From an uncultured Chromatiales bacterium (GTDB lineage: Bacteria > Pseudomonadota > Gammaproteobacteria > SZUA-140), in the NCBI GenBank assembly GCA_964437335.1, contig CAYTGL010000011.1, positions 6,990-70,989 of the forward strand: a stretch of DNA of 64,000 nucleotides, given 5' to 3'. The translations under genes were made by a program, and so were the position numbers. The stretch's first letter is position 1. Each line of letters opens with the position of its first letter. This document shows positions 39,982 to 49,106 of this stretch, in pieces. Below the pieces are notes generated by a model. The model had not been told where the DNA came from and made no database searches. It was given only the letters and a program-made list of their open reading frames with translations.

Positions 39982-41487
39982 CTAGCGTTCGTTTTGCTCC
40001 TGGTTGGGATCTTGTGGTTCATAGTTTAGAAGAAAATCGACTGGTTGCATTCCGGCTCCAATCCCAACATCGAATTGCTCTGGGTGCTGTAGTGCTTGAA
40101 CAGCCCTATTAAGCAAGGCGAAACAAATATTTGATCGCTCGATCATCATTGCTCGCACCTCTCCAGGATCGAGTTCTAGGTCGTCGTTTACCTTGTTCAC
40201 AACCGATGCCGCAAACTGATGGGCGTGTTTGAAGCACATTGAAGCAAAAAATGGAAATGGCACGAGTGTCGTGTACTTCGTAATTGTCTCGATCATTCGC
40301 AGAAGGATATCGTCCACAGGATCTATCGGAAGATTTATGTCAGCAACGTCGGGCAATTCATTGTATTGCTGCTCAAGAAGCAACACTTTAAGTGACAGTT
40401 CCGTTGCCAATTGCCGCCGATCTAAAGCGACCTCCCTGGCTGCTACATCCCGCCCAATTTGGTGTAGCGTTTGCTCCAGCTCATAAGCATGCGCTTGCTC
40501 ACGCCCTGCTGCTTCGTGGCGCTTTACCACACTCGGATCTGCATTTCGAATACTGCGTTGATGCTCAGCAAGAAAGTGCAACGCACTAATTCGAGCCTGG
40601 GCTGCGAGAGCCTGGTCTGAACGACTTTGTGCGTCCGCTGTGCGGGACAGTTCACGACGAGTCATAGACATCTCGTCTCTTTGCAACGCAAGCTCCTTCC
40701 CTTGGAGTAAAATTGAGTAGATCGCACCAGCGACCGCTAGTGCTGATAACAGAGAGCTTGCAAAACCAAATGTGTCGCCCAAACTTCCTGTAAGACCAAG
40801 AAAATCACCAAGGGACATTTTGATCGGAAATTGACCACCAGCGGTGCCATTGCCGTGCTTAGACTTCTCGAAGAGGCGATCCGCTAGAGGCTGCTCACCT
40901 GACGTAAAGAACCACATACCTAAAACAACTAACGTAAAACACAGCAGCCAAACTATGGGTACTCCGATGAGAAGGGATCGAAAGCTAAGTAGCGGGGGAG
41001 CAATCTTGTGATCATCATTCTCCTGGACGTTCTTGATTATTGCCTTGGCTCGTTCATGGATGGGGGCGGCCTCCATTGTCGCCGTTAATTGACCTAATGT
41101 TAGAGCGAGAGAGGTGGCGTGTGACGTATTGTCGATTTCTTTTCGAAGCGCATGTGCGGCTCTTAGTGCTTCATTGCGGTTTGCCCCGTTGGGCATTGCG
41201 TCAAGGTCCGAAATCAGTGAATCGACGGACTCTAATGCACTTTTCTCTCGACGAGTCAGGGCCAACATAACTGCCAGCACTACCAAGATAGTCGCCAAGA
41301 CGAGCGTGGCCCAAAAAGGGATCGCCGTTGCCAATACCATTCCAGCAATGCCGCTCAAAAGTGCGGCAATTGCTTTCGACTTTGTAAGATTCAATGTAAC
41401 CGCCTTTGAGTGTAGTCTCTGCACTGGAGCTGAAAGCGTATGCCAACAAGCCGAGACATTTTTGCGCAGTCCTAGTTTCGCCTCCAA
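39982..41487 (-). CDS. Membrane protein, unknown function (501 aa)
   Basis: Several hydrophobic helices and a coiled-coil-like central region; low GC. Confidence 0.5.
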   Translation of the reverse strand: MEAKLGLRKNVSACWHTLSAPVQRLHSKAVTLNLTKSKAIAALLSGIAGMVLATAIPFWATLVLATILVVLAVMLALTRREKSALESVDSLISDLDAMPNGANRNEALRAAHALRKEIDNTSHATSLALTLGQLTATMEAAPIHERAKAIIKNVQENDDHKIAPPLLSFRSLLIGVPIVWLLCFTLVVLGMWFFTSGEQPLADRLFEKSKHGNGTAGGQFPIKMSLGDFLGLTGSLGDTFGFASSLLSALAVAGAIYSILLQGKELALQRDEMSMTRRELSRTADAQSRSDQALAAQARISALHFLAEHQRSIRNADPSVVKRHEAAGREQAHAYELEQTLHQIGRDVAAREVALDRRQLATELSLKVLLLEQQYNELPDVADINLPIDPVDDILLRMIETITKYTTLVPFPFFASMCFKHAHQFAASVVNKVNDDLELDPGEVRAMMIERSNICFALLNRAVQALQHPEQFDVGIGAGMQPVDFLLNYEPQDPNQEQNER

Positions 41488-41497
41488 CCAATCATCT

Positions 41498-41513
41498 GGT
41501 TACCTTGTACCTT
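41498..41513 (+). promoter_or_regulatory. Motif copy 2 (GGTTACCTTGTACCTT) upstream of the DUF932 gene
   Basis: About 60 nt upstream of the start at 41572. Confidence 0.45.
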
Positions 41514-41571
41514 CCCAGTGCGAGCCGCTCAACGGTAGCGGCAAACGCAAAATGCACTAGGGAGACTTACG

Positions 41572-42552
41572 ATGCCAGCTGAAATTTCCTTCGTCAATGG
41601 AAAAGCTGAAGCCGCCTTCGCCTTGAAGCCAGCGTGGTGGGACGCTGCAAACCGTTGCACGCTCGACCACGTGCCCGACTCGGCAGGGATGATTCGGGCC
41701 GCACATTTGAACTGGGAGGTTCAACCGCAACCGATCTACAACGCCGACGGCCGAATCATCGAAGGGTATAGCACGACGGTTCGCTTGGACACGGGTTTGC
41801 ACCTTGGCGTGATGTCCGATCAATATCGTGTCGTTCAGAACGCCGAGGGTTTCCGTTTTCTCGACAACTTGCTGCGAGATGGCGTCATGCGGTACGAGTC
41901 GGCTGGTGCCTTGCGTGGCGGCCGCACCGTGTGGGCCTTAGCTCGAATGCCTTCGGTGGACACGATCGCTGAAGGCGACGACGTGTGCCGCTACTGCTTA
42001 TGGCTGAATTCGCACGACGGCACGGGCGCAATCTACGCCATCCCCACCAGCGTGCGAGTGGTTTGTGCAAATACAGCCGCCTTGGCAATCCGTGGCCAGC
42101 GTGGGATTAAACACATGGGCGACATGGACGCCAAGCTGAAGCAGGCGCATGAACTGCTCAGCCAAGCCGACCGCCAATTCACCGACTTTAGGGATAATGC
42201 CCAACTGCTTGCCAACCGCCGATATAGCCCAGTTGATGCCAAGCAGTACGTTGCAACCTTGTTGCCAGAACCAGAAGAGGCAGGCCGTTCGCTTTCGATC
42301 CGTGAACGCAAGGTCGAAGAAATCCGCATCGCACTCCGTAGCGATCGGCAAAATATCGCATCGATCCAAGGCACCTGGTGGAGCCTTTACAACGCCGTCT
42401 CTGAGGGAATCGACCACGGCCGTTTCTACGGGTTCAAAGGCAAAGGCCAACAACGGGCCGAAAACCGTATGACTTCCGTCATGATGGGCCAGGGGGCGGA
42501 ATTCAAACGCCAGGCTTTCGATCTGGCCGTATCGATGGCGCAGGCTTCGTAG
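41572..42552 (+). CDS. DUF932-family protein (phage/plasmid-associated)
   Basis: Conserved WLNSHDGTGA block and overall length ~326 aa typical of DUF932. Confidence 0.65.
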   Translation: MPAEISFVNGKAEAAFALKPAWWDAANRCTLDHVPDSAGMIRAAHLNWEVQPQPIYNADGRIIEGYSTTVRLDTGLHLGVMSDQYRVVQNAEGFRFLDNLLRDGVMRYESAGALRGGRTVWALARMPSVDTIAEGDDVCRYCLWLNSHDGTGAIYAIPTSVRVVCANTAALAIRGQRGIKHMGDMDAKLKQAHELLSQADRQFTDFRDNAQLLANRRYSPVDAKQYVATLLPEPEEAGRSLSIRERKVEEIRIALRSDRQNIASIQGTWWSLYNAVSEGIDHGRFYGFKGKGQQRAENRMTSVMMGQGAEFKRQAFDLAVSMAQAS

Positions 42553-42565
42553 CATCTTCACTTCC

Positions 42566-42590
42566 CGCCCACCCGGCTCCCGCCGGGTGG
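42566..42590 (+). terminator. GC-rich hairpin after the DUF932 gene
   Basis: cccacccggc tcccg ccgggtggg followed by ctttgtc. Confidence 0.5.
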
Positions 42591-42652
42591 GCTTTGTCAA
42601 ACGCATACAGCAAGAGCCGCCGGCCATTGGCCGGCGGCTTCGTCTTTCTCAA

Positions 42653-42670
42653 GTAGTTGATTTGTACCTT
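42653..42670 (+). promoter_or_regulatory. Motif copy 3 (GTAGTTGATTTGTACCTT), preceded by hairpin 42614..42638
   Basis: Hairpin gccgccggcc attg gccggcggc, then the motif, then the small ORF at 42705. Confidence 0.5.
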
Positions 42671-42704
42671 TGACGGCTGCGATCTACAGCTCGACCGAGT
42701 CCAA

Positions 42705-42905
42705 ATGGAGTCATTCACCATGTCGATAGATGACGGCCCAAACCGCACTTTTCGCAATCACTACATGTGCCCCATTTGCGAACACGAATGGTCAGACGAG
42801 TTGACTGCCACTTGTGATGACGATTGCCCAAGATGCGGCACACGACACATTTCGCCTTTCGATAGTGAGGAAATTGCGGACGATGGTTCGTCGGTGATCG
42901 ATTGA
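42705..42905 (+). CDS. Small zinc-ribbon protein (66 aa)
   Basis: CPICEHEW ... CDDDCPRCGTRH (two CxxC pairs); start at MESFTM after ggag. Confidence 0.5.
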   Translation: MESFTMSIDDGPNRTFRNHYMCPICEHEWSDELTATCDDDCPRCGTRHISPFDSEEIADDGSSVID

Positions 42906-42961
42906 ATTGTCGGCATTTGATAACACCCGCCCTCATAAGGGGCGGGCTTCGTCGTTCGCAG

Positions 42962-42979
42962 GTAGTTGATTTGTACCTT
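42962..42979 (+). promoter_or_regulatory. Motif copy 4 (GTAGTTGATTTGTACCTT), preceded by hairpin 42925..42947
   Basis: Hairpin cccgccc tcataa ggggcggg. Confidence 0.5.
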
Positions 42980-43026
42980 CCCAAAGCGAGTCACACACTC
43001 ATCAACACTCGCACAGGGAAAACCAA

Positions 43027-43446
43027 ATGATCTTTTCAGTCATCTATTCCGTGGATTGCCCCGCCGACGAAAACATCAACAACTTCGCCCCGCCCGACCT
43101 GGTTTTGTGGGACCAAACAGAGGGCGACGACCAATACGAGTACGACTATCTCGAAGGCAGCTGGGAATACGGGCATCACCGAAAATGGGCTGCCCTCCTC
43201 AATCGAGAGCAATTCGACCAATTCATCGCTCGATGTAACCTTATCGCCGAAAACATCCAAACGATGGGTTCTCTGGGAGCCCCTGGTTTTGATTTCGGCT
43301 GGGCACCAGCACTTTCATTCAATGGCCACGACCCTTGTGCCATTCAGAACGCATACGTCACTCCAATCCCCGAAGTTGAACGAGAAACCTGCGACGAACG
43401 GGATTGGCAGCGTGTGCGTAGTGCCATGCTGGCGGTGTACGGGTAA
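43027..43446 (+). CDS. Hypothetical acidic protein (139 aa)
   Basis: ORF begins ~50 nt after motif copy 4. Confidence 0.5.
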   Translation: MIFSVIYSVDCPADENINNFAPPDLVLWDQTEGDDQYEYDYLEGSWEYGHHRKWAALLNREQFDQFIARCNLIAENIQTMGSLGAPGFDFGWAPALSFNGHDPCAIQNAYVTPIPEVERETCDERDWQRVRSAMLAVYG

Positions 43447-43512
43447 TGTTCTTCGTTCTGCCTGGTTCAGCAAGGCCCGCCCCCGCAAGGGGGCGGGCTC
43501 GGTTATATCGAG

Positions 43513-43530
43513 GTAGTTGCTTTGTACCTT
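43513..43530 (+). promoter_or_regulatory. Motif copy 5 (GTAGTTGCTTTGTACCTT), preceded by hairpin 43475..43499
   Basis: Hairpin gcccgccccc gcaa gggggcgggc. Confidence 0.5.
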
Positions 43531-43580
43531 CGTGGGCAAACGTAACCACCAAGCCAACTGCAACGAGGGGGAGAACAACT

Positions 43581-43790
43581 ATGACCGAAGACCAGGCCCG
43601 ATCAGCACTCGCCGAACTGTTGGGACGGTACACAATCGGCAGCGTGCTCCACTTGCTGGCAGACGTTCAACGAGAGCACGCTGATGAAGCACGGCTCATT
43701 GATGATGCCGCAGCGTACGAGCAACTCAAAATGATCGAGCACACGCTGTTCGTCGTGGGCCTTGGCGTCGATGCCGCAAATCCATCGTAA
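43581..43790 (+). CDS. Hypothetical small protein (69 aa)
   Basis: Start MTEDQARSAL preceded by a gagggggag RBS. Confidence 0.5.
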   Translation: MTEDQARSALAELLGRYTIGSVLHLLADVQREHADEARLIDDAAAYEQLKMIEHTLFVVGLGVDAANPS

Positions 43791-43820
43791 CTCAGTCAAT
43801 TCAACTACGGAGCAACCGAC

Positions 43821-44096
43821 ATGCCGATATTCCAGATCGAACAGTATGAACTGCACACTATGAAGTATCGTGTTGAGGCTGTCACGGAAGCCGAGGCAAT
43901 CAAGCGATTGCTGGACGGCGAAGCCGAAGCAGTCGAAAGCAGCTTTGACTTCATCGAAACCGCCGATGATTTCGGTTTGCCTGTCGATGAGAATCGTGAC
44001 CTTGCCGAAGAATTGCGAGCATTGGACGTGGAGATCGGCGACCACGTGATCCCATCGATTCGATCCATCGAACAGGTTGATGAGCAGCAGCCTTAG
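43821..44096 (+). CDS. Hypothetical small acidic protein (91 aa)
   Basis: ORF MPIFQIEQYELHTMKYRVEAVTEAEAIKRLLDGEAE...; followed by hairpin 44116..44135. Confidence 0.45.
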   Translation: MPIFQIEQYELHTMKYRVEAVTEAEAIKRLLDGEAEAVESSFDFIETADDFGLPVDENRDLAEELRALDVEIGDHVIPSIRSIEQVDEQQP

Positions 44097-44153
44097 CGGC
44101 CGTTGTCAGCTAACCGCACCGTCGTTTGACGGTGCGACGTAGCTCTGCTTGTT

Positions 44154-44170
44154 CAGTTACCTTGTACATT
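44154..44170 (+). promoter_or_regulatory. Motif copy 6 (CAGTTACCTTGTACATT), preceded by hairpin 44116..44135
   Basis: Hairpin gcaccgtc gtttgac ggtgc. Confidence 0.45.
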
Positions 44171-44207
44171 GTAAGTGCGACCCCTCACCCCACAAAGGAG
44201 AACAAAA

Positions 44208-44495
44208 TTGGTCGCACCAGCAACACCACGTTTTCGCCTCGGCACAGCCGTTGCCACGCCAGGGGCACTGGCAACCCTTGAAGAAGCAGGCCAGACACCA
44301 GCCGAACTACTGGATCGCCACATTCGTGGCGATTGGGGAGACCTGGACGAAGAAGACAAGCAAGCGAATGAGGACGCCCTGAAGCACGGGGCACGAATCC
44401 TTTCGGCCTACCTGCTGTCCAGCGGCGAAAAGATCTGGGTGATCACCGAGGCAGATCGCAGCAGTACGTGTTTGCTGCGGCCCGACGAGTATTGA
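44208..44495 (+). CDS. Hypothetical protein (~95 aa; probable TTG start after an aaggag RBS; ORF-track Met at 44175 is the alternative)
   Basis: caaaggagaacaaaa TTG GTC GCA ...; conserved-looking C-terminal block RGDWGDLDEEDKQANEDAL ... IWVITEADRSSTCLLRPDEY. Confidence 0.45.
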   Translation: MVAPATPRFRLGTAVATPGALATLEEAGQTPAELLDRHIRGDWGDLDEEDKQANEDALKHGARILSAYLLSSGEKIWVITEADRSSTCLLRPDEY

Positions 44496-44553
44496 CCTAT
44501 TGGTCTTCATGAGCAAAACCCGACCCACGGAGTGGGTCGGGTGGCAAGGCGAC

Positions 44554-44569
44554 AGTTACTTTGTACCTT
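44554..44569 (+). promoter_or_regulatory. Motif copy 7 (CAGTTACTTTGTACCTT), preceded by hairpin 44517..44541; no ORF follows
   Basis: Hairpin cccgacccac ggag tgggtcggg; downstream lies hairpin gtctggga gttgg tcccagac (44596..44617) and no convincing + strand ORF. Confidence 0.4.
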
Positions 44570-44704
44570 GTGTTGCAAAATTGAAAATCAAACAACTCTT
44601 TTCGAAAAAGTCTGGGAGTTGGTCCCAGACTGGCCTGTCCTGGCAGATAACGCTGCCCATTTTTTTTCATGGGGCTTCGATGCGAGCCGACGAGTGGCTT
44701 TCTT

Positions 44705-44994
44705 TCACCGATTACCCCAGGTGTCCCTGTCCCAATCGAGGGCAGATCGCTTCTGCGATGCCTTTCGCTTTTCTGGTTCGGGCGTAATGGAATTGACGCC
44801 CCGATTAAGGCTCTCCTCAATCCACGACTTTCGGGTAACCCACCGTCCACCTAGCTTCGCAAACCGAACAAACCCAGGTTGCGGATTTGCTGGGTCGGGT
44901 CGATATATCAGGCGATAAACTTTCCGATAGGTCCACGGCTCGCCTAAGTACTCGACCACCTGTTGGAGTGTAAGTATGTCGGTTGGGTCGCTGC
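44705..44994 (-). CDS. AlpA/excisionase-like HTH protein (~96 aa; start MEMSSDPTD inside ORF-track entry 44705..45172)
   Basis: LTLQQVVEYLGEPWTYRKVYRLIYRPDPANPQPGFVRFAKLGGRWVTRKSWIEESL is an HTH_17 pattern. Confidence 0.55.
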
Positions 44995-45102
44995 TCATTT
45001 CCATTGGCTCAAAGCGAGGATGATTCGACTTCGGGGGGCATTGGGGATCTGACCTCGTGTGCAGGGACAAGCCTGGCACGAAGCTCAACGGTGGTTGCCT
45101 AC

Positions 45103-46062
45103 CTAAATAAAATTGCCGCAGCCAAGGCATAGGCGTATGTTTACGGGAACCATTGTCCCGCATCTCGGGCACGGTCTCTTCGGAACATAAGCGTCGTGCT
45201 CAGCGTTCTTCGCCATGCTGTCCGCAGCCGAACCCAGCACTGCCAACCCCACAAGCGCCGTGGCTCCTGCAACAACGGCCACCGTTTTCCCAATCGCTAA
45301 CAATTGCTGTTTTGTTGCCTCCATTTCCTTCTTGGCTTCTAGATCCGTCAGCGTTTCTCCTTTCTTGTAGTAACTTGTACGTAAACCATCAGATACGTAG
45401 AGTTCATGGGGCGAAAGCGACGTTACCTTGAGTTCAACGGGAGCAGCCTGATTGATCGAGATGTCCAAAGTTTCTTTGAAGACCGAATAGGTATATTGTC
45501 CGCTGACCCCATCGGAACGAATGATGTTTCCGTCCGACGTGAATTGAATGGATGGGGCATCGCCGTCACCAGCATCCCATCGCCCAATCAAATACTGTCG
45601 GCGAATGGGGATGTCTGTCAGGCAGTTCAGAGCCAAGAGTAGCCCAAATATGGCGATCAAAAGAAACACGCCAGCCAATGCAAGCAGTGGAGGAAATGCT
45701 CGTGTGGCCAATGCGAGGAAAGCGGCGATCGCTAAGGCTGCCGATAAAACGATGAGGTAGATCACCAGCCGACTGCCTAGTTTGGGCTTCAGCAGCCAAG
45801 CGACGATGGCCTCCTCATCTTGCTTGCCCAAATGCTGAAGAGTACCATCCAGCCAAGAGTTGGCACCCTGCTTGTACCTCTTCGAATAAGGAAGCTGGTT
45901 CAATTCTGGGACCCGAGACGTAGGCATCCATTCAGGCATACCCTCTCGCCACACCAGGTCTGTTTGCAGAAGCTCTCCAGACCTGGCAAGTTCGACAAGC
46001 CGTTCGGACTCAACTGGCCCCAAATGGTTGCCGTGCCGACCGTAGTACCACCCGTCTGCCAT
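45103..46062 (-). CDS. Membrane protein with N-terminal GYF-like DUF4339 domain and C-terminal zinc ribbon
   Basis: MADGWYYGRHGNHLGPVESERLVELARSGELLQTDLVWREGMPEW (DUF4339-like); two TM helices; C-terminal CPRCGT...CLGCG. Confidence 0.6.
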   Translation of the reverse strand: MADGWYYGRHGNHLGPVESERLVELARSGELLQTDLVWREGMPEWMPTSRVPELNQLPYSKRYKQGANSWLDGTLQHLGKQDEEAIVAWLLKPKLGSRLVIYLIVLSAALAIAAFLALATRAFPPLLALAGVFLLIAIFGLLLALNCLTDIPIRRQYLIGRWDAGDGDAPSIQFTSDGNIIRSDGVSGQYTYSVFKETLDISINQAAPVELKVTSLSPHELYVSDGLRTSYYKKGETLTDLEAKKEMEATKQQLLAIGKTVAVVAGATALVGLAVLGSAADSMAKNAEHDAYVPKRPCPRCGTMVPVNIRLCLGCGNFI

Positions 46063-46089
46063 TTCAATACCCCTTGTTCACGTTGAATG

Positions 46090-46803
46090 TCAACGGCCAG
46101 AAACATTGGAGCGGCCACGCTCGTAGGCGTCCTGAATGGTTTGCCTGCCCCGGTCGTATGCCTCTCGAATCTTGGCAGCGTCATCGTAAGTGGAGCGATC
46201 GTTCCCTTCCGACGCTGATACCACTTCCAGCCAAATCTGTCGGGCATTCTCGGACGAGAACGTCAGTTGCCGCAACGTCGAGTAGGTGCTCCACTGGCCT
46301 TGGTCGTAAGCACGTAGGCACCAATCCCTGGCGGAGCCTGGATCACCGTACTCCGCTTCGTGCTCGATCACCCGCCGATAGATCGTGGTGAGGTCCGGGT
46401 TGAGTTCAGACCAGTCCCAACGAATCTGGTCAGATCGCAGCAATTGTTTGTATAGACGCACAGCTTCAAATCGGTCCTCTTGATCCCAAAGAGCATGGAT
46501 CTTGTCGATCTGCTCTTGCATCGCCAAAGTCTTCTGCTTTATCTCTTCTGAGCTGCTAAAACTGAAGCGACTCGCTTGGGGCCTGCAACTGACATACAAG
46601 AGGAGCACGATCCCCACGATTGCACCAGCGATGGCCCATGTTCTCCCCGTGAGATTTGTACGCCCGTTGTTTGCCGTATCACGTGGCGACCGTGGCATGG
46701 GCGGAGGCACTGTCTTTGGCTGCGAGGGCAGAGGTGTTGAAACAAAACTTGGTGGTAGTGGCGGCGGCACCCGATTTGTCGGTGGCGGTAAAGGATCAGT
46801 CAT
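46090..46803 (-). CDS. Proline-rich membrane-anchored hypothetical protein
   Basis: PPLPPS/PPPMP N-terminus, one TM helix (WAIAGAIVGIVLLLYV); 8-bp overlap with the next gene. Confidence 0.5.
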   Translation of the reverse strand: MTDPLPPPTNRVPPPLPPSFVSTPLPSQPKTVPPPMPRSPRDTANNGRTNLTGRTWAIAGAIVGIVLLLYVSCRPQASRFSFSSSEEIKQKTLAMQEQIDKIHALWDQEDRFEAVRLYKQLLRSDQIRWDWSELNPDLTTIYRRVIEHEAEYGDPGSARDWCLRAYDQGQWSTYSTLRQLTFSSENARQIWLEVVSASEGNDRSTYDDAAKIREAYDRGRQTIQDAYERGRSNVSGR

Positions 46804-47389
46804 CGTAAGCCCCTGTCTTGGTGTCTCGGGATAGTTCTCGTTGGATCAGATCTTCTAGCTCCAGATCTTCGAACTCTGGAACTGCTGCTGGGGAACGAAG
46901 GTCTTCATTCAATTGGTGCGTGATTCTGGATAATTCATCCAGTTGAGCCTCAGTAAGCCCAATGCCCTCCATGCGTGCGTTGCGGTCATCCCGTCGCAGC
47001 ACAACTTCCATCCGAGCAATCGCTCGGTCGTACGCCGAGGCGGTGACATCCAGGCGTTGAATTTTTTGAACAACGTCCTTGAGTTCCTGGGCGTAGATCC
47101 GCCAATCAGGATGAGTGCCAGTCTGCTTGATTGACTGGCCTTTCAGCCGTTGAATTCGGCCGAGGACAGCTTGCCGCTCTTCTTCTAAACGGGACATGGC
47201 TTGAAGTACCTTGTCCCGCTGATACTTCAACTGGCCCAACTCTTGCTTTGGAGGCACGACGGTGGACGCCGTACCGCCGTCGCCGCTTTTCCCCTGTGGC
47301 ATGGTTTCATGGCCACAGCCTGCAAGGGCGATTAGGATCAGCGGGCACGCCGCCCACTGCTTTAACGAACTCGATTGCCAACTGGTCAC
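46796..47389 (-). CDS. Putative lipoprotein, coiled-coil
   Basis: Signal plus lipobox-like ...LIALAGCGHE; heptad-rich remainder. Confidence 0.5.
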   Translation of the reverse strand: MTSWQSSSLKQWAACPLILIALAGCGHETMPQGKSGDGGTASTVVPPKQELGQLKYQRDKVLQAMSRLEEERQAVLGRIQRLKGQSIKQTGTHPDWRIYAQELKDVVQKIQRLDVTASAYDRAIARMEVVLRRDDRNARMEGIGLTEAQLDELSRITHQLNEDLRSPAAVPEFEDLELEDLIQRELSRDTKTGAYDD

Positions 47390-47425
47390 TACCGATCCCT
47401 TTGCGGTGGAAGATCAACTAGAGTC

Positions 47426-48238
47426 CTAGTTCTTGTTTCCAAGAATCCGATCGATCTCGGCCAACGTATCTGTGGGCGTTTGAGTGGCTGCGATGAATGC
47501 GTCCACGGAGTCGATCTCCGCCGTGACCTCCGACTCATTCCACTTTTCATCTTCACCGAGCAGTTCGGCTTCCACGTCGGCATACAGGTCGTTCACCTTG
47601 TCTTCCAGGCCGTCGATGTTGGCCGCCAGGGTCTTGTCGCTTTCGCCCATGGCGGCCGAAGCATCCTGCATTGCCTTCAATGCAATGCTCTTGGAGTCAA
47701 TCTCGGCGATCTGGCTTTCCAGGCTGGTGAGGCGGCGCTGATACTCGGTCTGCTTGCGGTCGAGAGAATCGACAACCTTTTGCAGACTGGCCTGTGATTG
47801 CTGAAAGCCACCCAACTGGGCGACGAGTTCTTTTCTCGCCAACAGCACTTTGTCGCCCATGGCTTTGAGTTCATCCGATGAGTATGTCCTGCCACCAACT
47901 TCGGCTTCCTCACCCGATGCCAAGTGCTCCCGCAGTTTGGACAGCGTGGTGTCGAGACTCTTAAGCTTGTCATCGAGTGGAGCCGTCTGACGAGCAATCT
48001 GATCCTTCTTAACCTGCGCCTTGATCTTCGCTTTACGAAGTCCGTCGATCCCATTTTCCAGGGCGGCGACCGAGATGCCGATCTCTTTGCGCTTGACGTC
48101 CATTTCTCCCAGTAGGGAGTCAATCTTCGCCAACAATTGTTCCTTGGCCACTTCGCCACGTGCCCCGCAACCACCGCCAACTGCGGTAACAGCGCCGATG
48201 ATGACGAAGCGGACGAGAATTGACTGAACTTGATTCAT
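47426..48238 (-). CDS. Coiled-coil lipoprotein (start MNQVQSILVRF; ORF track extends to 48400)
   Basis: Signal/TM then GGGCG lipobox-like site; long coiled-coil. Confidence 0.5.
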   Translation of the reverse strand: MNQVQSILVRFVIIGAVTAVGGGCGARGEVAKEQLLAKIDSLLGEMDVKRKEIGISVAALENGIDGLRKAKIKAQVKKDQIARQTAPLDDKLKSLDTTLSKLREHLASGEEAEVGGRTYSSDELKAMGDKVLLARKELVAQLGGFQQSQASLQKVVDSLDRKQTEYQRRLTSLESQIAEIDSKSIALKAMQDASAAMGESDKTLAANIDGLEDKVNDLYADVEAELLGEDEKWNESEVTAEIDSVDAFIAATQTPTDTLAEIDRILGNKN

Positions 48239-48414
48239 TGCCGTGCCCTTACATTCCAATGTGGATGGTTTGCTACCGCTGGCCGAAGGCGAGCGGACAA
48301 GCGTTCGCTGTAACAACGACGCCCGACAAGCGACAATTATACGTCTCGACACACACTTTTGTACATTTTTTTCGCAGCTCTCCCTGACCGATCCAGACAC
48401 GGGAGACTGCGCCG

Positions 48415-48795
48415 ATGGCTAAGCAAAAACCAAAGATCCAACACGCTGAGATCGTGCAGCACTTTGCCGCAAAACTGCGGGAATTGCGGCATTCTCGTGG
48501 GATGACCCAAGCGGAACTGGCTGGCCAGGCCAAGGTCACCGTGAGTTACGTGGCTCGATTGGAAGCAGCAGGGGCGGCACCTGGCATCGATTTGGTGGGC
48601 CGATTGGCCGATGCCCTGGGGACGACGGTCGGCGAGTTGCTGCCAACCATGGCCGCCTATGACGAGATCACCACCCTTCGTGACCGAGCGAGAAAACTCG
48701 CCGACCAGCTCATCTCTGGGGCGGATCGAGAGACACTGCTAATGATTTGCCCGTTGTTGGCCCGATTGGGCGAATCACCGACGAGACGGCGTTAG
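48415..48795 (+). CDS. XRE-family HTH transcriptional regulator
   Basis: LRELRHSRGMTQAELAGQAKVTVSYVARLE is the classic HTH_3/XRE pattern. Confidence 0.7.
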   Translation: MAKQKPKIQHAEIVQHFAAKLRELRHSRGMTQAELAGQAKVTVSYVARLEAAGAAPGIDLVGRLADALGTTVGELLPTMAAYDEITTLRDRARKLADQLISGADRETLLMICPLLARLGESPTRRR

Positions 48796-48864
48796 GTTTG
48801 GATTCGGTCTCCCGATCGGCGAAGATGGACTTGGCCACTTTCCATCACTAGCCGAGGGGAAGCC

Positions 48865-49086
48865 ATGCAACGTCGCCACTTCTTCATTGCCGCTATGCTT
48901 TTCTTAATGGGCGGAATTGGCGGCGTGTGCCACGCCGCCAATAAGAAGTACGTGTTCAAAATCCGCACCAAGAGCGGCGGTATTGTGGGCAACATCGTGA
49001 TCGAAGCCCCCGATCAATTCGCCGCCGTGGCAAAGTTGATGCAGCGTTATCCAGGTTGCGAAATCCTGGAGGGGCGGGAGGGGTGA
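48865..49086 (+). CDS. Small secreted hypothetical protein (73 aa)
   Basis: Signal-like N-terminus FFIAAMLFLMGGIGGVCHA. Confidence 0.4.
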   Translation: MQRRHFFIAAMLFLMGGIGGVCHAANKKYVFKIRTKSGGIVGNIVIEAPDQFAAVAKLMQRYPGCEILEGREG

Positions 49087-49106
49087 AGTTCAGTGCCGAT
49101 TTGGCA

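Noticed and set aside
42560-44600. Integron-like cassette array interpretation of the hairpin-plus-ORF repeats
   Set aside because: The hairpins are short GC-rich stems without attC-like R/L core sites. Each ORF has its own upstream motif, whereas integron cassettes are usually promoterless. The nearby recombinase is XerC/D-like and co-oriented rather than an IntI with divergent Pc. A promoter/terminator array of a mobile element is therefore the preferred reading.
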